Below, piece after piece: positions 27,001 through 38,109 of a stretch of DNA of 64,000 bases; position 1 is the stretch's first letter; each line of letters begins with the position of its first letter. The notes beneath the pieces are model-generated. The model searched no databases and was not told the DNA's origin. It saw only the letters and a program-made list of their open reading frames with translations. The translations under genes were made by a program, and so were the position numbers. Source of the DNA: Macrostomum hystrix. Taxonomy: Eukaryota; Animalia; Platyhelminthes. The stretch is from positions 15,562,001-15,626,000 of the forward strand of contig CATNEN010000001.1 in the NCBI GenBank assembly GCA_950097015.1, given 5' to 3'.

Positions 27001-28122
27001 GCATTATTGGACTGGGGGGCAGAGCACAAGACTGCATTGGGAGCTGTGGAGTGTGGGACAGTGTTTTGCACATCCCCGTGCGATCGACTTGGAATGATAG
27101 AAGAATGAAGAGGAACGAAAATTAACTTTCGATTTTGTTGGGCGATGCTGAGCCAGAAGCAGTGCGATTGTGAGGGGCTTGTGAAGTATTCGAGCGTTTC
27201 GGAGCTATGAAAGTGCTGCTGAGTTTGCATGGCTACTAGAATAGCGAGGGCGGAAATATATAGAGATGAGATGAAGATGTTTGTAAGCACAAGTTTCTTG
27301 CGGGCGAGAAACTTCTTATATCCCCGCTTTGGCCCGGCAAACGTTTCGTCTTATCCTCGGTGTATTAACATTTATTTGACAGGACCAATTAAATGATAGT
27401 CTATGGACGAAAACCTTTCTTTCAAATGTGAAAGACTCCCGATTCCCGATTGGCCGAGCCAATTTCTGGTAAATAGTCGTCTATGGGTCGAGCCGAGCAG
27501 CATTAAACACTATAAATCCCCATCTTAAGCTGTTGCCGTCTATGGCCTTGAAACGCAGTCCTCAATCGTTCTGGGCCAAGAAACGAATTCAGGTGGGAAT
27601 ACGGAAGTCGACCATAGACAATAACACTGGGCGGGCTATTGTGAGTTTAAAATCTGTTTAAAAAATATAGCTATAAATGTAGTTATTGTTGCCGAGGTTG
27701 TAGCCTTTTGGTTAGAGCGTCGGACTCACGACTTGAAGGTCGTGGGTTCGATTCCCGACTCCACTGGAACAATTCGCATCCTTTAGCAGGACACGTAACT
27801 CTGCATTGCTTCAGTTCACTAAGTTGTTAAATGGCTACCAGCATTAGCTGGGATAATTGAGGGTGGGTGTGGCGTCCCCCAGTCCATGGACTGAACAGCT
27901 GTACGCGACCTTCAGATGCGCTGTGCACTAGCTGCGGCTGTGCTGTCGTCTGCACATCTGGCCCAACTGGGGCAGGTGTAATCAATTATTAATAGATATT
28001 ATTATAAAAAATGTAAATAATGCAACTCACTTAGCGATTTCATCTTCTGTTCCGAGTCCGCAGGCCAGTGACAATAGCACTGCGGCCGATAAAGCGACAG
28101 CTGTCACTGAGAAAGAAAACAT
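1..28122 (-). CDS. CACNA2D: Voltage-dependent calcium channel subunit alpha-2/delta (multi-exon; 3' end lies beyond the window start)
   Basis: Exons traced by hand, all GT-AG and phase-consistent: 28031-28122 (ATG, signal peptide MFSFSVTAVALSAAVLLSLACG), 19957-20038, 19175-19297, 16793-16988, 16586-16717 (LLWQYFGSQRGIFRIFP), 16447-16507 (MYDVRRRPW), 16309-16359 (SSPKDILFLIDT), 16107-16206 (SGS; MIDAS DTSGS), 14265-14396, 14102-14191, 13872-14015 (CNSIIMILSDG; acceptor could instead be 14009), 12750-12828 (IRIFTYSVG), 12618-12667, 10474-10557 (WHNIYLDSL), 10200-10247, 9954-10106 (GPRGYAFAVNANGYIVFHPEL), 3418-3650, 2477-2840, 1616-2051, 627-953, <1-203 (CYLLEDGGYIV...GHFLGHVDKPLMRHLV). The motifs are colinear with alpha2delta-1. 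Confidence 0.95.
1087..1479. mobile_element. MITE/foldback element with about 115-bp imperfect terminal inverted repeats
   Basis: 1087-1203 (..ggccaactttttgttgcgcatcttctgaagcaagaatcaagtcacc..tcgagatattcaacggttctggccgaaggtcagattttt) is the reverse complement of about 1365-1479. It lies in an alpha2delta intron. Confidence 0.8.
3741..9605. repeat. 20-bp minisatellite GAGCTTGAGATGGTAGGTTA, about 290 copies, intronic
   Basis: Visible 20-nt periodicity. Fills most of the 3651-9953 intron. Confidence 0.98.
11693..12566. repeat. 20-bp minisatellite AGGGAATCGTCCAAAACCTC, about 43 copies
   Basis: Direct tandem repeat in an alpha2delta intron. Confidence 0.97.
13156..13760. repeat. 20-bp minisatellite (GAGTTTGAGTAGGTTGGTTC / GAGATGGTAGGTTA) split by a solo LTR
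   Basis: The left part shares its monomer with the 3.7-9.6 kb array; the right part is a diverged variant. Confidence 0.9.
13261..13484. mobile_element. Solo LTR (224 bp) with 5-bp TSD, inserted into a minisatellite
   Basis: Starts TGTAGG and ends CCTTACA (TGTA..TACA). Flanked by AGTAG on both sides (13256-13260, 13485-13489). Confidence 0.8.
14447..14900. repeat. 16-bp minisatellite CTCAATCTCCTACTAG, about 28 copies
   Basis: Direct tandem repeat. Confidence 0.97.
21048..22330. repeat. 20-bp minisatellite ATAGAAATCCTGGGATCTAG with a 200-bp higher-order unit
   Basis: Variant monomer acaccgaaat recurs at 21241, 21441 and 21641. Confidence 0.97.
23371..25833. repeat. 17-bp minisatellite GAGGGCGCCACTACCAT, about 144 copies
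   Basis: Direct tandem repeat with occasional 18-bp variants (CCAATTACC). Confidence 0.98.
27692..27995 (+). mobile_element. tRNA-derived SINE, family B
   Basis: tRNA-like head (ggttagagcg..gggttcgattcc), then a central domain (ctttagcaggacacgtaactctgcattgcttcagttcactaagttgttaaatggctacc) resembling conserved SINE cores, and a 3' tail. A reverse copy lies at 41497-41718 and a fragment at about 23255-23317. Confidence 0.8.
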
Positions 28123-28707
28123 TTGTGACAACCAAAAGAGACACCTGAATGATCAAAGAAGGGAAAATGAAGAGCTGATCGCTCCAAGAGCGTCTAGAAT
28201 GAGCCAGCCAGTGTCAGAGTCCAGTGTCAGTTTCCATATTTTGCCGACAGATTTCGTGATTTTGAGACTCCGTTTTCCGTCCTATATTTTTAGATTTTAT
28301 GATGCTGAAAAATTTAACAATTTCCTCTTCAATAGAAATCTCGAGAGTTGTTTTTGAGCCTGTAGCAACTCTCTGACTGAGTTGTTCTGCCTCCCGACCA
28401 GTCAGATACTGACTTGTCTGCCATTGGCCACGGCTTCAAAATCAATTTTAGCACAGCTGGGAGCTGCAAATGAAAAAACTGCCTGTTGTTGCATTTTCAA
28501 AGCAAATTTGTCTCCCAATGCTACTTGGACTGTGACTGGGTTACGATTCGGCTGGAGTGAGTTTCCCTGAAACACTATTTTAGTTTGCACTTCTCCCCAT
28601 CAACTATTTAGCACGCGGAAACAGAGTAAAGCTTGGAATAGTACATTTTTCAAATTCCTGATCATCATACAGGCCAACTGAAAGACCCTGTAGGGTACTT
28701 TAGGACG

Positions 28708-29150
28708 TTGCTCATTTCCCTGAGCTAAATCCTGCAGGGCCTTGCTCATTTCCCTGAGCTAAATCCTTCAGGGCATCGCTCATTTCCCTGAGCTAAATCC
28801 TTCAGGGCATCGCTCATTTTCCTGAGCTAAATCCTTCAGGGCATCGCTCATTTCCCTGAGCTTAATCCTTCAGGGCCTTGCTCATTTCCCTGAGCTAAAT
28901 CCTTCAGGGCCTTGCTCATTTCCCTGAGCTAAATCCTTCAGGGCATCGCTCATTTCCCTGAGCTAAATCCTTCAGGGCATCGCTCATTTCCCTGAGCTAA
29001 ATCCTGCAGGGCCTTGCTCATTTCCCTGAGCTAAATCCTTCAGGGCCTTGCTCATTTCCCTGAGCTAAATCCATCAGGGCCTTGCTCATTTCCCTGAGCT
29101 AAATTCTTTAGGGCATCGCTCATTTCCCTGAGCTAAATCCTTTAGGGCCT
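28708..29150. repeat. 34-bp tandem repeat GCTCATTTCCCTGAGCTAAATCCTTCAGGGCCTT, about 13 copies
   Basis: Each unit carries an internal inverted pair CCCTGA/TCAGGG. There are no unique spacers. Confidence 0.95.
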
Positions 29151-30119
29151 CAGCACTTCCGAAACCAGGCTGTAAAACTTTTACCCGATGAATCAGTAAG
29201 TTGTGCAAACTGAAATGAATTTACAGTTTTATAACTGAATGACGTTACAGTTTAGCATAGGAAATTTAAACAGCTCCAGTTGCTGGATTAATTGAATGAG
29301 TCAATCAGACAATGCATTCTACCTGCAGGCAGTTAATTAAGAATCGCATGCAGAACTCAATCTATTTGAGTCAACTGATTGAGTCAGTGAGATGAATTTC
29401 TAAACAGCAAAGCATTTTCGGAGCCTCATATTTGCACCAGTGTGGTTGGAACAATGGTAGGCCTATGACTATGACTGCTAGTGTAGTTAAAGCATTATAT
29501 TATATCTCGTATTTGTACTTTTGCAGCAGCTCTACCTTTTAGGAGGTGAGTAGAGAATGAGTCTCGCATTCAGGTTCTGAGTTCGATTCCTAAGCGCATG
29601 TGTACACCGCCTGAAGACACTTCCTGTGTGCCTGGTGGTGAGCTCAAGAGTCAACGAAATGTGCAGAATGGTCTTTCCCGAGGCAAAATTGAGAGCCCAC
29701 AAAGAGCTACTGTGAGTAGTGTAGATTGAAAAAATTGTAATAAAAAAGTTTTACCCGCGGAATATAAACCTACTCTGACATTTCAGCGGAAAATCAAAAT
29801 GCGAGTTCTAAAACTAATTGATTGTCACGAGAACTCACCGAAGCTTACCAAGGAAAGATTTCTAATCCACTGTTCCAGAGATTATTGATTTCAGAAATAG
29901 AAAATTAAATTATGCTCCGTACGTACTCACTCCCTGCGAGCTAAATGTCAAACATATTCTTTTTATTTATGTCAAAACACCACGCACTCGAAATGTCGCA
30001 TCAGTATAGCCCAGGCTACAGGAAATATGCAAAGACTTCTAAAAAGTAAGCTTGGTTGAATAAGAAGTATGTTACGGTCCGTACATGCCTACTTATACGT
30101 AGGATTACGAGTAAAATCT

Positions 30120-30595
30120 GGAGAGATGAGACACGGGAGAGATGAGATACAGAAAAGATGAGACACGGGAGAGATGAGACACGGGAGAGATGAGACACGG
30201 GAGAGATGAGACACGGGAGAGATGAGACACGGGAGAGATAAGACACGGGAGAGATGAGATACAGGAAAGATGAGACACGGGAGGGATGAGATACAGGAGA
30301 GATGAGACACGGGAGAGATGAGACACGGGAGGGATGAGACACGGGAGAGATGAGACACGGGAGAGATGAGACACGGGAGAGATGAGACACGGGAGAGATG
30401 AGACACGGGAGAGATGAGACACGGGAGGGATGAGATACAGGAAAGATGAGACACGGGAGGGATGAGATACAGGAGAGATGAGACACGGGAGAGATGAGAC
30501 ACGGGAGAGATGAGACACGGGAGAGATGAGACACGGGAGAGATGAGACACGGGAGAGATGAGACACGGGAGAGATGAGACACGGGAGAGATGAGA
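30120..30595. repeat. 16-bp minisatellite ACGGGAGAGATGAGAC
   Basis: Direct tandem repeat; reverse complement of the 32101-32735 array. Confidence 0.97.
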
Positions 30596-30615
30596 AAGAG
30601 GAGGTTGCATAAGGA

Positions 30616-31600
30616 ATCGGGATTGGATTGGGTTTCAGTGGAATTGGATTGGGTTTCAGAGGAATTGGATTGGGTTTCAGAGGAATTGGATTGGGTTTCA
30701 GAGGAATTGGATTGGGTTTCAGTGGAATTGGGTTTCAGTGGAATTAGGTTTCAGAGGAATTGGATTGGGTTTCAGAGGAATTGGATTGGGTTTCAGAGGA
30801 ATTGAATTGGGTTTCAGAGGAATTGGATTGGGTTTCAGAGGAATTGGATTGGGTTTCAGAGGAATTTGATTGGGTTTCAGAGGAATTGGATTGGGTTTCA
30901 GAGGAATTGGATTGGGTTTCAAAGGAATTGGATTGGGTTTCAGAGGAATTGGATTGGGTTTCAGAGGTATTGGATTGGGTTTCAGAGGAATTGGATTGGG
31001 TTTCAGAGGAATTGGATTGGGTTTCAGTGGAATTGGATTGGGTTTCAGAGGAATTGGATTGGGTTTCAGAGGAATTGGATTGGGTTTCAGAGGAATTGGA
31101 TTGGGTTTCAGAGGAATTGGATTGGGTTTCAGAGGTATTGGATTGGGTTTCAGAGGAATTGGATTGGGTTTCAGAGGAATTGGATTGGGTTTCAGTGGAA
31201 TTGGATTGGGTTTCAGAGGAATTGGATTGGGTTTCAGAGGAATTGGATTGGGTTTCAGAGGAATTGGATTGGGTTTCAGAGGAATTGGATTGGGTTTCAG
31301 AGGGAATTGGATTGGGTTTCAGAGGAATTGGATTGGGTTTCAGTGGAATTGGATTGGGTTTCAGAGGAATTGGATTGGGTTTCAGAGGAATTGGATTGGG
31401 TTTCAGTGGAATTGGATTGGGTTTCAGAGGAATTGGATTGGGTTTCAGTGGAATTGGATTGGGTTTCAGTGGAATTGGATTGGGTTTCAGTGGAATTTGA
31501 TTGGGTTTCAGTGGAATTGGATTGGGTTTCAGAGGAATTGGATTGGGTTTCAGTGGAATTGGATTGGGTTTCAGAGGAATTGGATTGAGTTTCAGTGGAG
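30616..31600. repeat. 21-bp minisatellite GAGGAATTGGATTGGGTTTCA
   Basis: Direct tandem repeat that produces spurious 7-aa-repeat ORFs in several frames. Confidence 0.97.
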
Positions 31601-32100
31601 AATGTTGTTGAGTTTTTAATTCAGTTGAATACATTTTTACAACATGAAATCTAATCTATAATTTGCTGTATAACTAAGTCCCAATTAGATCACAATTGAC
31701 CCGTGCCTAAAAAGTGCTAAATAAAAAGCGATGAAGAGGCAGTTAAAGGCCCGAAACCAGCATCCAAAATGTAGCTGACCTACCCCGACCGCATTTGGAG
31801 CGGGTTTATAGACTCAGGACGCACCGGTGTTATCACCGATCTGGTAGAGGCTAATTACTAAGTCAGGAGTTGTGGCTAGGAGCACAATAGAACGTTGGGG
31901 ATTAATTTAATAATCCACAATGGCTAGCTAAATTATTTCAGCCCCATTCAGTCAGCGGTAATGAATTATCAAGCAGCGGTGACGGCTCAATCATCTAAGC
32001 TCAAACCGGTGCCGATGGTACTGGCTTCACACCTGCAGCCTTGAAAACTGGGATTGGAAAACTCTAATATTCCAGCCGGATACTGCGCTCAAAGCTCCTA

Positions 32101-32735
32101 CGTCTCATCTCCCCCGTGTCTGATCTCCCCCGTGTCTGATCTCTCCCGCGTCTCATCTCTCCCGTGTCTCATCTCTCCCGTGTCTCATCTCAACTGTGCT
32201 GCATCTCTCCCGTATCTCATCTCTCCGTGTCTCATCCCTCCCGTGTCTCATCTCTCCCGTGTCTCATCCATCTCTCCCGTGTCTCATCCCTCCCGTGTGT
32301 CATCTTTCCCGTGTGTCATCTCTCCCGTGTCTCATCCCTTCCGTGTCTCATCTCTCCCGTGTCTCATCCCTTCCGTGTCTCATCCCTTCCGTGTCTCATC
32401 TCTCCTGTGTCTCATCTCTCCCGTGTCTCATCTCTCCCGTGTCTCATCCCTTCCGTGTCTCATCCCTTCCGTGTCTCATCTCTCCTGTATCTCATCTCTA
32501 CTGTGTTGCATCTCTCCCGTGTCTCATCTCAACTGTGCTGCATCTCTCCCGTGTCTCATCTCTACTGTGTTGCATCTCTCCCGTGTCTCATCTCAACTGT
32601 GCTGCATCTCTCCCGTGTCTCATCTCAACTGTGCTGCATCTCTCCCGTGTCTCATCTTTCCTGTATCTCATCTCTTGAGTGTCTCATCTCTCATGTATCT
32701 CATTTGTCCATGTCATATCTCCCTTGTCTCATCTT
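32101..32735. repeat. 16-bp minisatellite GTCTCATCTCTCCCGT (inverted relative to 30120-30595)
   Basis: Tandem repeat with diverged CATCTCAACTGTGCTG variants. Confidence 0.95.
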
Positions 32736-33058
32736 CCGTAGCTAATGTCTTTGTTCTGTTTTTGCTTCTTTGTAATCCTTTTCAAAGAAGTTCAGAATAA
32801 TCAGCACTGAATATTTTTCACGTTTCCATAGTTACTAGGCCACTAGCTAGGCTAACTAGGGACGATCTCATTGGCTGCCTGAGTCTAGCTCACGGGTGGA
32901 GTGTGATGCAGCAAAAAGCTGCTATTTTTATGCAAGTACAGCATCTTGAGTGACTGAGTGATGGAAACCGGGAGCGAATAATCCAAACGGACTGGAATTT
33001 ATAGACCCGAAAATTTTTTTTTCTTTTTGTTGTCTCCCCAAGGCCAGAGAGTTCAAAG

Positions 33059-36000
33059 ATGAGCAACATGAGCTCACTCAGTGGCTCAAACCCCACAGTG
33101 AATTCCAGCTCGCGAATCAGTGCAGACAGCTCAGACGATCCAACCTATGACGACGCTACCTGGATTCTGACTTCGTCATTCGTTATTTTTACAATGCAGT
33201 CAGGTATTTCAAATCTATAATTACACTATAATTACACAAGCTCGTTACACTATATCTTTGTTGTGCTCCACTGTCGTTTTTTATTCCGCTTTCTCAACCT
33301 CAACTGTGAATACGAACCCGGAACCTTAAAAAAATTGCGAATAACAAGGGCTGGGATGTGGTCGAGAAAAAGCTTGCGAGACACCACACACACGCCTGTT
33401 TTCTATTGGCTGTGGCTTGTCGTACGTTGAATCGGCGGCTCTGACCAATGGCCGAACTGTTCAGGGGCATCATTCCCCAGAATTGGGGTAGGGTAGATCA
33501 TCAGGTAGGGAAAACCCCGGGCAACAGCCTTCTCAACCTGCTTCTGCTATCAAGCGATGAGACCAGTGAGAAAGGTTAAGGGCCAAGGTGGGTACCAGAT
33601 TTGGTGTCAGGAGACACGTGAGATTGATAAACCTGCACAGGTTTTGTAAGTCGCTGAAATTTTCTTGTCCTATCACCCGAAAGACCAGGTCAATAGACAA
33701 TCAATCACCTGCACTGTCAGGGTGTCAATAATTTTAATTAGGTTAAGCTCGGAATGTCGCTAACAACCACGCCAGTGTCCAGCACATCGGCAACAGCTGC
33801 GACAGACCTGCATGATGATGCTGTCTGGATTCTCGCCTGCGCGTTCATCATATTCACCATGCAGACAGGTGAGCGAAGGCACAAACAGAAGTTAATAATT
33901 AGCAGGTAGGATAGGTCGGAACTACTCATCGGGTGCTCGGTTGAGAACACCTGAGAAATCCTGATCGACCGGTTCGTCACGATCCAGTTTCTTGCCTCTT
34001 CAACTAAGCGTGTGGGAGGAAAAATTGATCGATGTCTACTTGAAGCCGAGTTTACTTTACAGGTTGAGAAATTCATTATGCAGGTGTCCATATAGCAGTT
34101 CGTCCATATTGCTAAGCAAGGAATATTCTATGCAAAAGCACAGCTATGTTCTCAACAACTTCGGCCTCCTGACCACCTGACTTTCGCTCTGCTTGTTCTC
34201 AACCACGGTTCTGTCTGGCCTGCTATGCAATCATTTTCCGCTTTTAGATCGATCACACCTTGAAAAATTTCAGAAAATTTCCTTCTCTACAATGAGTACA
34301 TTCTGCAGTAACAGCGCAGCTGCAGAGTGTTTTGTTTGCAAGTCGGCAGTGAATTATTCAGTACCTCGGGGAGTTAATCCTCCACATCTTTGCAATTTAA
34401 TTCGTTCTCTCTCCATCTCACCTGTCATTTTACATTCACGTTCTCACTTGTCTAAGACTAAGAACCTGCTCAAACTTAATTTCGTTGAAGGCCCGCAGCT
34501 AGCGACATTGTTTTGCTTAGCAACCGTTGTCAGGGACGGAATTGAAGAGCAACACTGTCTACCAGCTTTCTAAGCAGATGTAGAGGGTTACAGAAAGCAG
34601 CAATAGTACACCATATACACTGAATGGATGTTTCAGACAAAGTTTGCAATGCAAATAGTTTTTTGTTAGATTTTCTATATTCCTTCCCTATCGGCCTGAG
34701 TCAACAGCAGTCGAAGATGCTAAACTTTTCTTAGAAGTAAATATTTTTTTAATTCTCCAAATATTTGCCACGAATCTGGGACTAATAGTTGACTCCCCAA
34801 CCATTCAGGAAGAGACCCACCCACGCGGTAAATTTTTCGCATTGTTGCGAACATACTCAGGGTGCATTAGCTTTGGATAACGGAGGAAGTTCGCGAAAGC
34901 TTTTTGTTGACAATTTGATATGGGATGACAAAAAGCTTGTTCCAATAGACATTTTTTCAACTCAATTTAGACGCCATAAACGCGCCAGAATTGGTTCCAG
35001 AACCTTCGAATGGAATGGGGAGAATGCCAAGAGACGCTTTGATAAGGCAACCACCAGTTGCATCATTCATCAGTCCTTTTCAATGATTGTTAGAAAAGTC
35101 ATTAGACAAGAAAAACGATGCCTCAATGCGCGCCAACCCCTGCACTTCAGGCTTCGGGCTGCTTGAGGCTGGAAACGTGCAGGTCAAAAACGAGGTGAAC
35201 ATCATGGTGAAGAACGTGGTCGACGTGGTCTTCGGCGGCCTGTCTTACTGGATGTTCGGCTACGCGCTGTCCTTTGGCAAGTCTGGCGGTGGCGGTTTCT
35301 GCGGCTGGGGCGACTTCTTCATGGACCGGGCGCCGGGTGAAGCTGACATGGGTGTCGGCTTTGCCACGTTCGTGTTCCAGCTCAGGTTAGCACCACTCCA
35401 TGCTGAGAAAGTCTCTAAAGTTCACTAAGCCACGTTCGTGTTCCAGCTCAGGTTAGCACCAATCCATGCTGAGAAAGTCTCTAAAGTTCACTAAGCCACG
35501 TTCGTGTTCCAGCTCAGGTTAGCACCAATCCATGCTGAGAAAGTCTCTAAAGTTCACTAAGCCACGTTCGTGTTCCAGCTCAGGTTAGCACCACTCTATG
35601 CTGAGAAAGTCTCTAAAGTTCACTAAGCCACGTTCGTGTTCCAGCTCAGGTTAGCACCACTCTATGCTGAGAAAGTCTCTAAAGTTCACTAAGCCACGTT
35701 CGTGTTCCAGCTCAGGTTAGCACCACTCCATGCTGAGAAAGTCTCTAAAGTTCACTAAGCCACGTTCGTGTTCCAGCTCAGGTTAGCACCACTCTATGCT
35801 GAGAAAGTCTCTAAAGTTCACTAAGCAACAAAGAGCGCAAGGCCCAAGCATAAGGGGTCAGGCGCTTTGGCATCGAGAAAACGCAGCCAACGTATCACCG
35901 TGAGCGAGACCTTCCTCGAGGACGTCCCGAACACGTGACCCGCCGATTGAAGCATTCCTCTCTCGTACAGGGTCTCGTTTCCGGTGTTCTCGTCAATTTA

Positions 36001-38041
36001 AGGCTCACTGACATTAAATAAGGCGGAAGCATACTGCTGTACATGATTTTAATGACCATTCATTTAAACACTAAATAAATTTACTCCAAAACGAGTCATT
36101 TCATGACAATGTGAATGAGCCTTTAGAAGGGCAAACGTTTGGCGCAGACCTCAGAGCGCCGAGTCCAGGTGTTTCTCCGACGCAGCCGACGGTATCACAA
36201 TAGGACGCTCAAAAACACCGCTTGGCACATTCCATCAGTATCAGCTTAAATAATCTATCTTTAATTAAATAAAATGGAAGCTCAGCAAAGTGATTTGAGC
36301 CAGGTGTACAGCTGTGAACAGCCGTATATGTTGCCAAACCAAATTTCTAGCCAATTTATCGCTCACTTTGCACCTCGGCATTTCAGTTTCGCCACCACAG
36401 CAACCACAATTGTGTCCGGCGCCATGGCTGAGCGAACAAAGCTTGACGCCTACATCCTGTTCTCATTCCTGAACACCCTGGTGTATTGCATCCCAGCGCA
36501 CTGGATGTGGGACAAGCGCGGCTTTCTGAAGCTTCTCGGCGCTGTGGATATCGCCGGTTCCGGCACTGTGCACTTTCTTGGAGCCGTGTCCGCCGCAGTT
36601 GCTGCCCTGTTGCTGGGGCCTCGGCTGGGTCGGTACAGCGAGAACAAGGAGACGCCCCGAGGTGGAAATCCAACGAATGCGCTCATAGGGATGTTCATGC
36701 TGTGGTGAGCGCATACTCAGAAAACTCAAAGCCGCAAAGAAAATAATGTTCTCTTAGAACAGCTAAACTACCGTTCAAACTATTTAATTCATATCGGCGA
36801 GTACATAAATTACAACCAGGGGGTCGGTGCCAGAGCGGTCTAACGCGTTTGCCTCTCGCACCAAGGTCCCTGAGCTCGATTCCACGGCGAGGCCACATTT
36901 ATTTAGGGCGCAGCCGCAGAGAGAAGGCTTGGGGGCTTGTCGTGCAATTTACGTCATTGAGGGCCAACCTCCAAGGCACGGTGATAGTGTACAATACCTG
37001 ACGACGAGAAAGTCAGGGCAGATGTACACACCTGAGTGAGCGTATGCCTGCGAACAGGATCTGTGTGCGTGTGTGCTCAGGAGTCAGCGGAATGGGCAGA
37101 ATTGCCTCCTCGCTGTCTGCGGGTCTAGTGTCACCAAATGATGTGCCATTGCCCGCAGCCGTACTGCAAAAAATAATTAATATTTTTCTATAATGAATTA
37201 CAACCCTAGCATAAATCCAACATAAATCCAACGGTACCTTCATCCTAGAGTTTTTTCAATGCCGAGACACGGATTAAAATGTGTATGCTTCTTTCAAAAC
37301 CAGGATTTGCATGCCCACGAGAACTCGAAATCCCCAGAACTTCCATGGGACTCGCAAATCCCTGAGTTCTGGGGATTAGAGTGACTGATAGGCCTAACAA
37401 TCATTTGAATGATGGAACTTTAACATTTCAGAATTCAGCTCTTGAATAGATATTTAGATCAAAAACACCCGAGAGTTCTTGCGTTTTAACTCATCGAATA
37501 ATCAAAGTCTTACTTGCACTTTTGTTAATAAAAATCCATACTAGAGACAGAGAGTGAAACTGAGACTACGGACTCAGCCCTGTAATTAAACTGCCGCACC
37601 CGATAATTCAGGTGGGGCTGGCTAGCCTTCAACTGCGGCAGCACGTTCGGCATCTCCAACGGGAAATGGAAGCTGGCAGCCAAGTGAGTTGTGCTCAAAC
37701 TCAATCCTCTACCATGCCCTGTGTGCTTATCATTATGCAGCGAGTTTAATTAACTGACTATTGCCCCCTGAGAACTGCAGGTTGTATTTGCGCTATAAAG
37801 ATCTTGTACACACCTGTGTGAGCGTGTGCCTGCGTACAGTATCTGTGTGCGTGTGTGCTCAGGAGTCAGCGAACTAGGGGCAGAATTGCCTCCTCGCTGG
37901 CTGCGGGTCTAGTGTCACCAAATATTGCCTGCAGCCCTCCTGCAATTATTATTATTATTATTGTTATTATTGTTGTTATTATTGTTATTGTTGTTATTAT
38001 TATTGTTATTATTAATATTGTTATTATTATTATTATTATTA

Positions 38042-38109
<68 letters not shown>

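Noticed and set aside
27692-27765. tRNA gene
   Set aside because: The acceptor stem does not pair well and the sequence continues into a SINE body with dispersed copies. The same applies to the heads at 36820, 26590, 29560 and 41660.
28708-29150. CRISPR-like 34-bp palindromic repeats
   Set aside because: Units are directly adjacent with no unique spacers, there are no cas genes, and the context is eukaryotic.
30016-32800. Repetitive-protein ORFs ([30 protein letters not shown])
   Set aside because: Open in many frames on both strands only because the 16- and 21-bp monomers lack stops. The same applies to 11661-12149, 13480-13797, 37855-38196 and 38833-39086.
36990-37030. Hammerhead ribozyme in SINE-A (CTGACGA..GAAA.GTC) and at 17651 (CTGATGA..GAAA)
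   Set aside because: Stems II and III cannot be formed around the core; CCTGAC simply pairs with GTCAGG as a hairpin.
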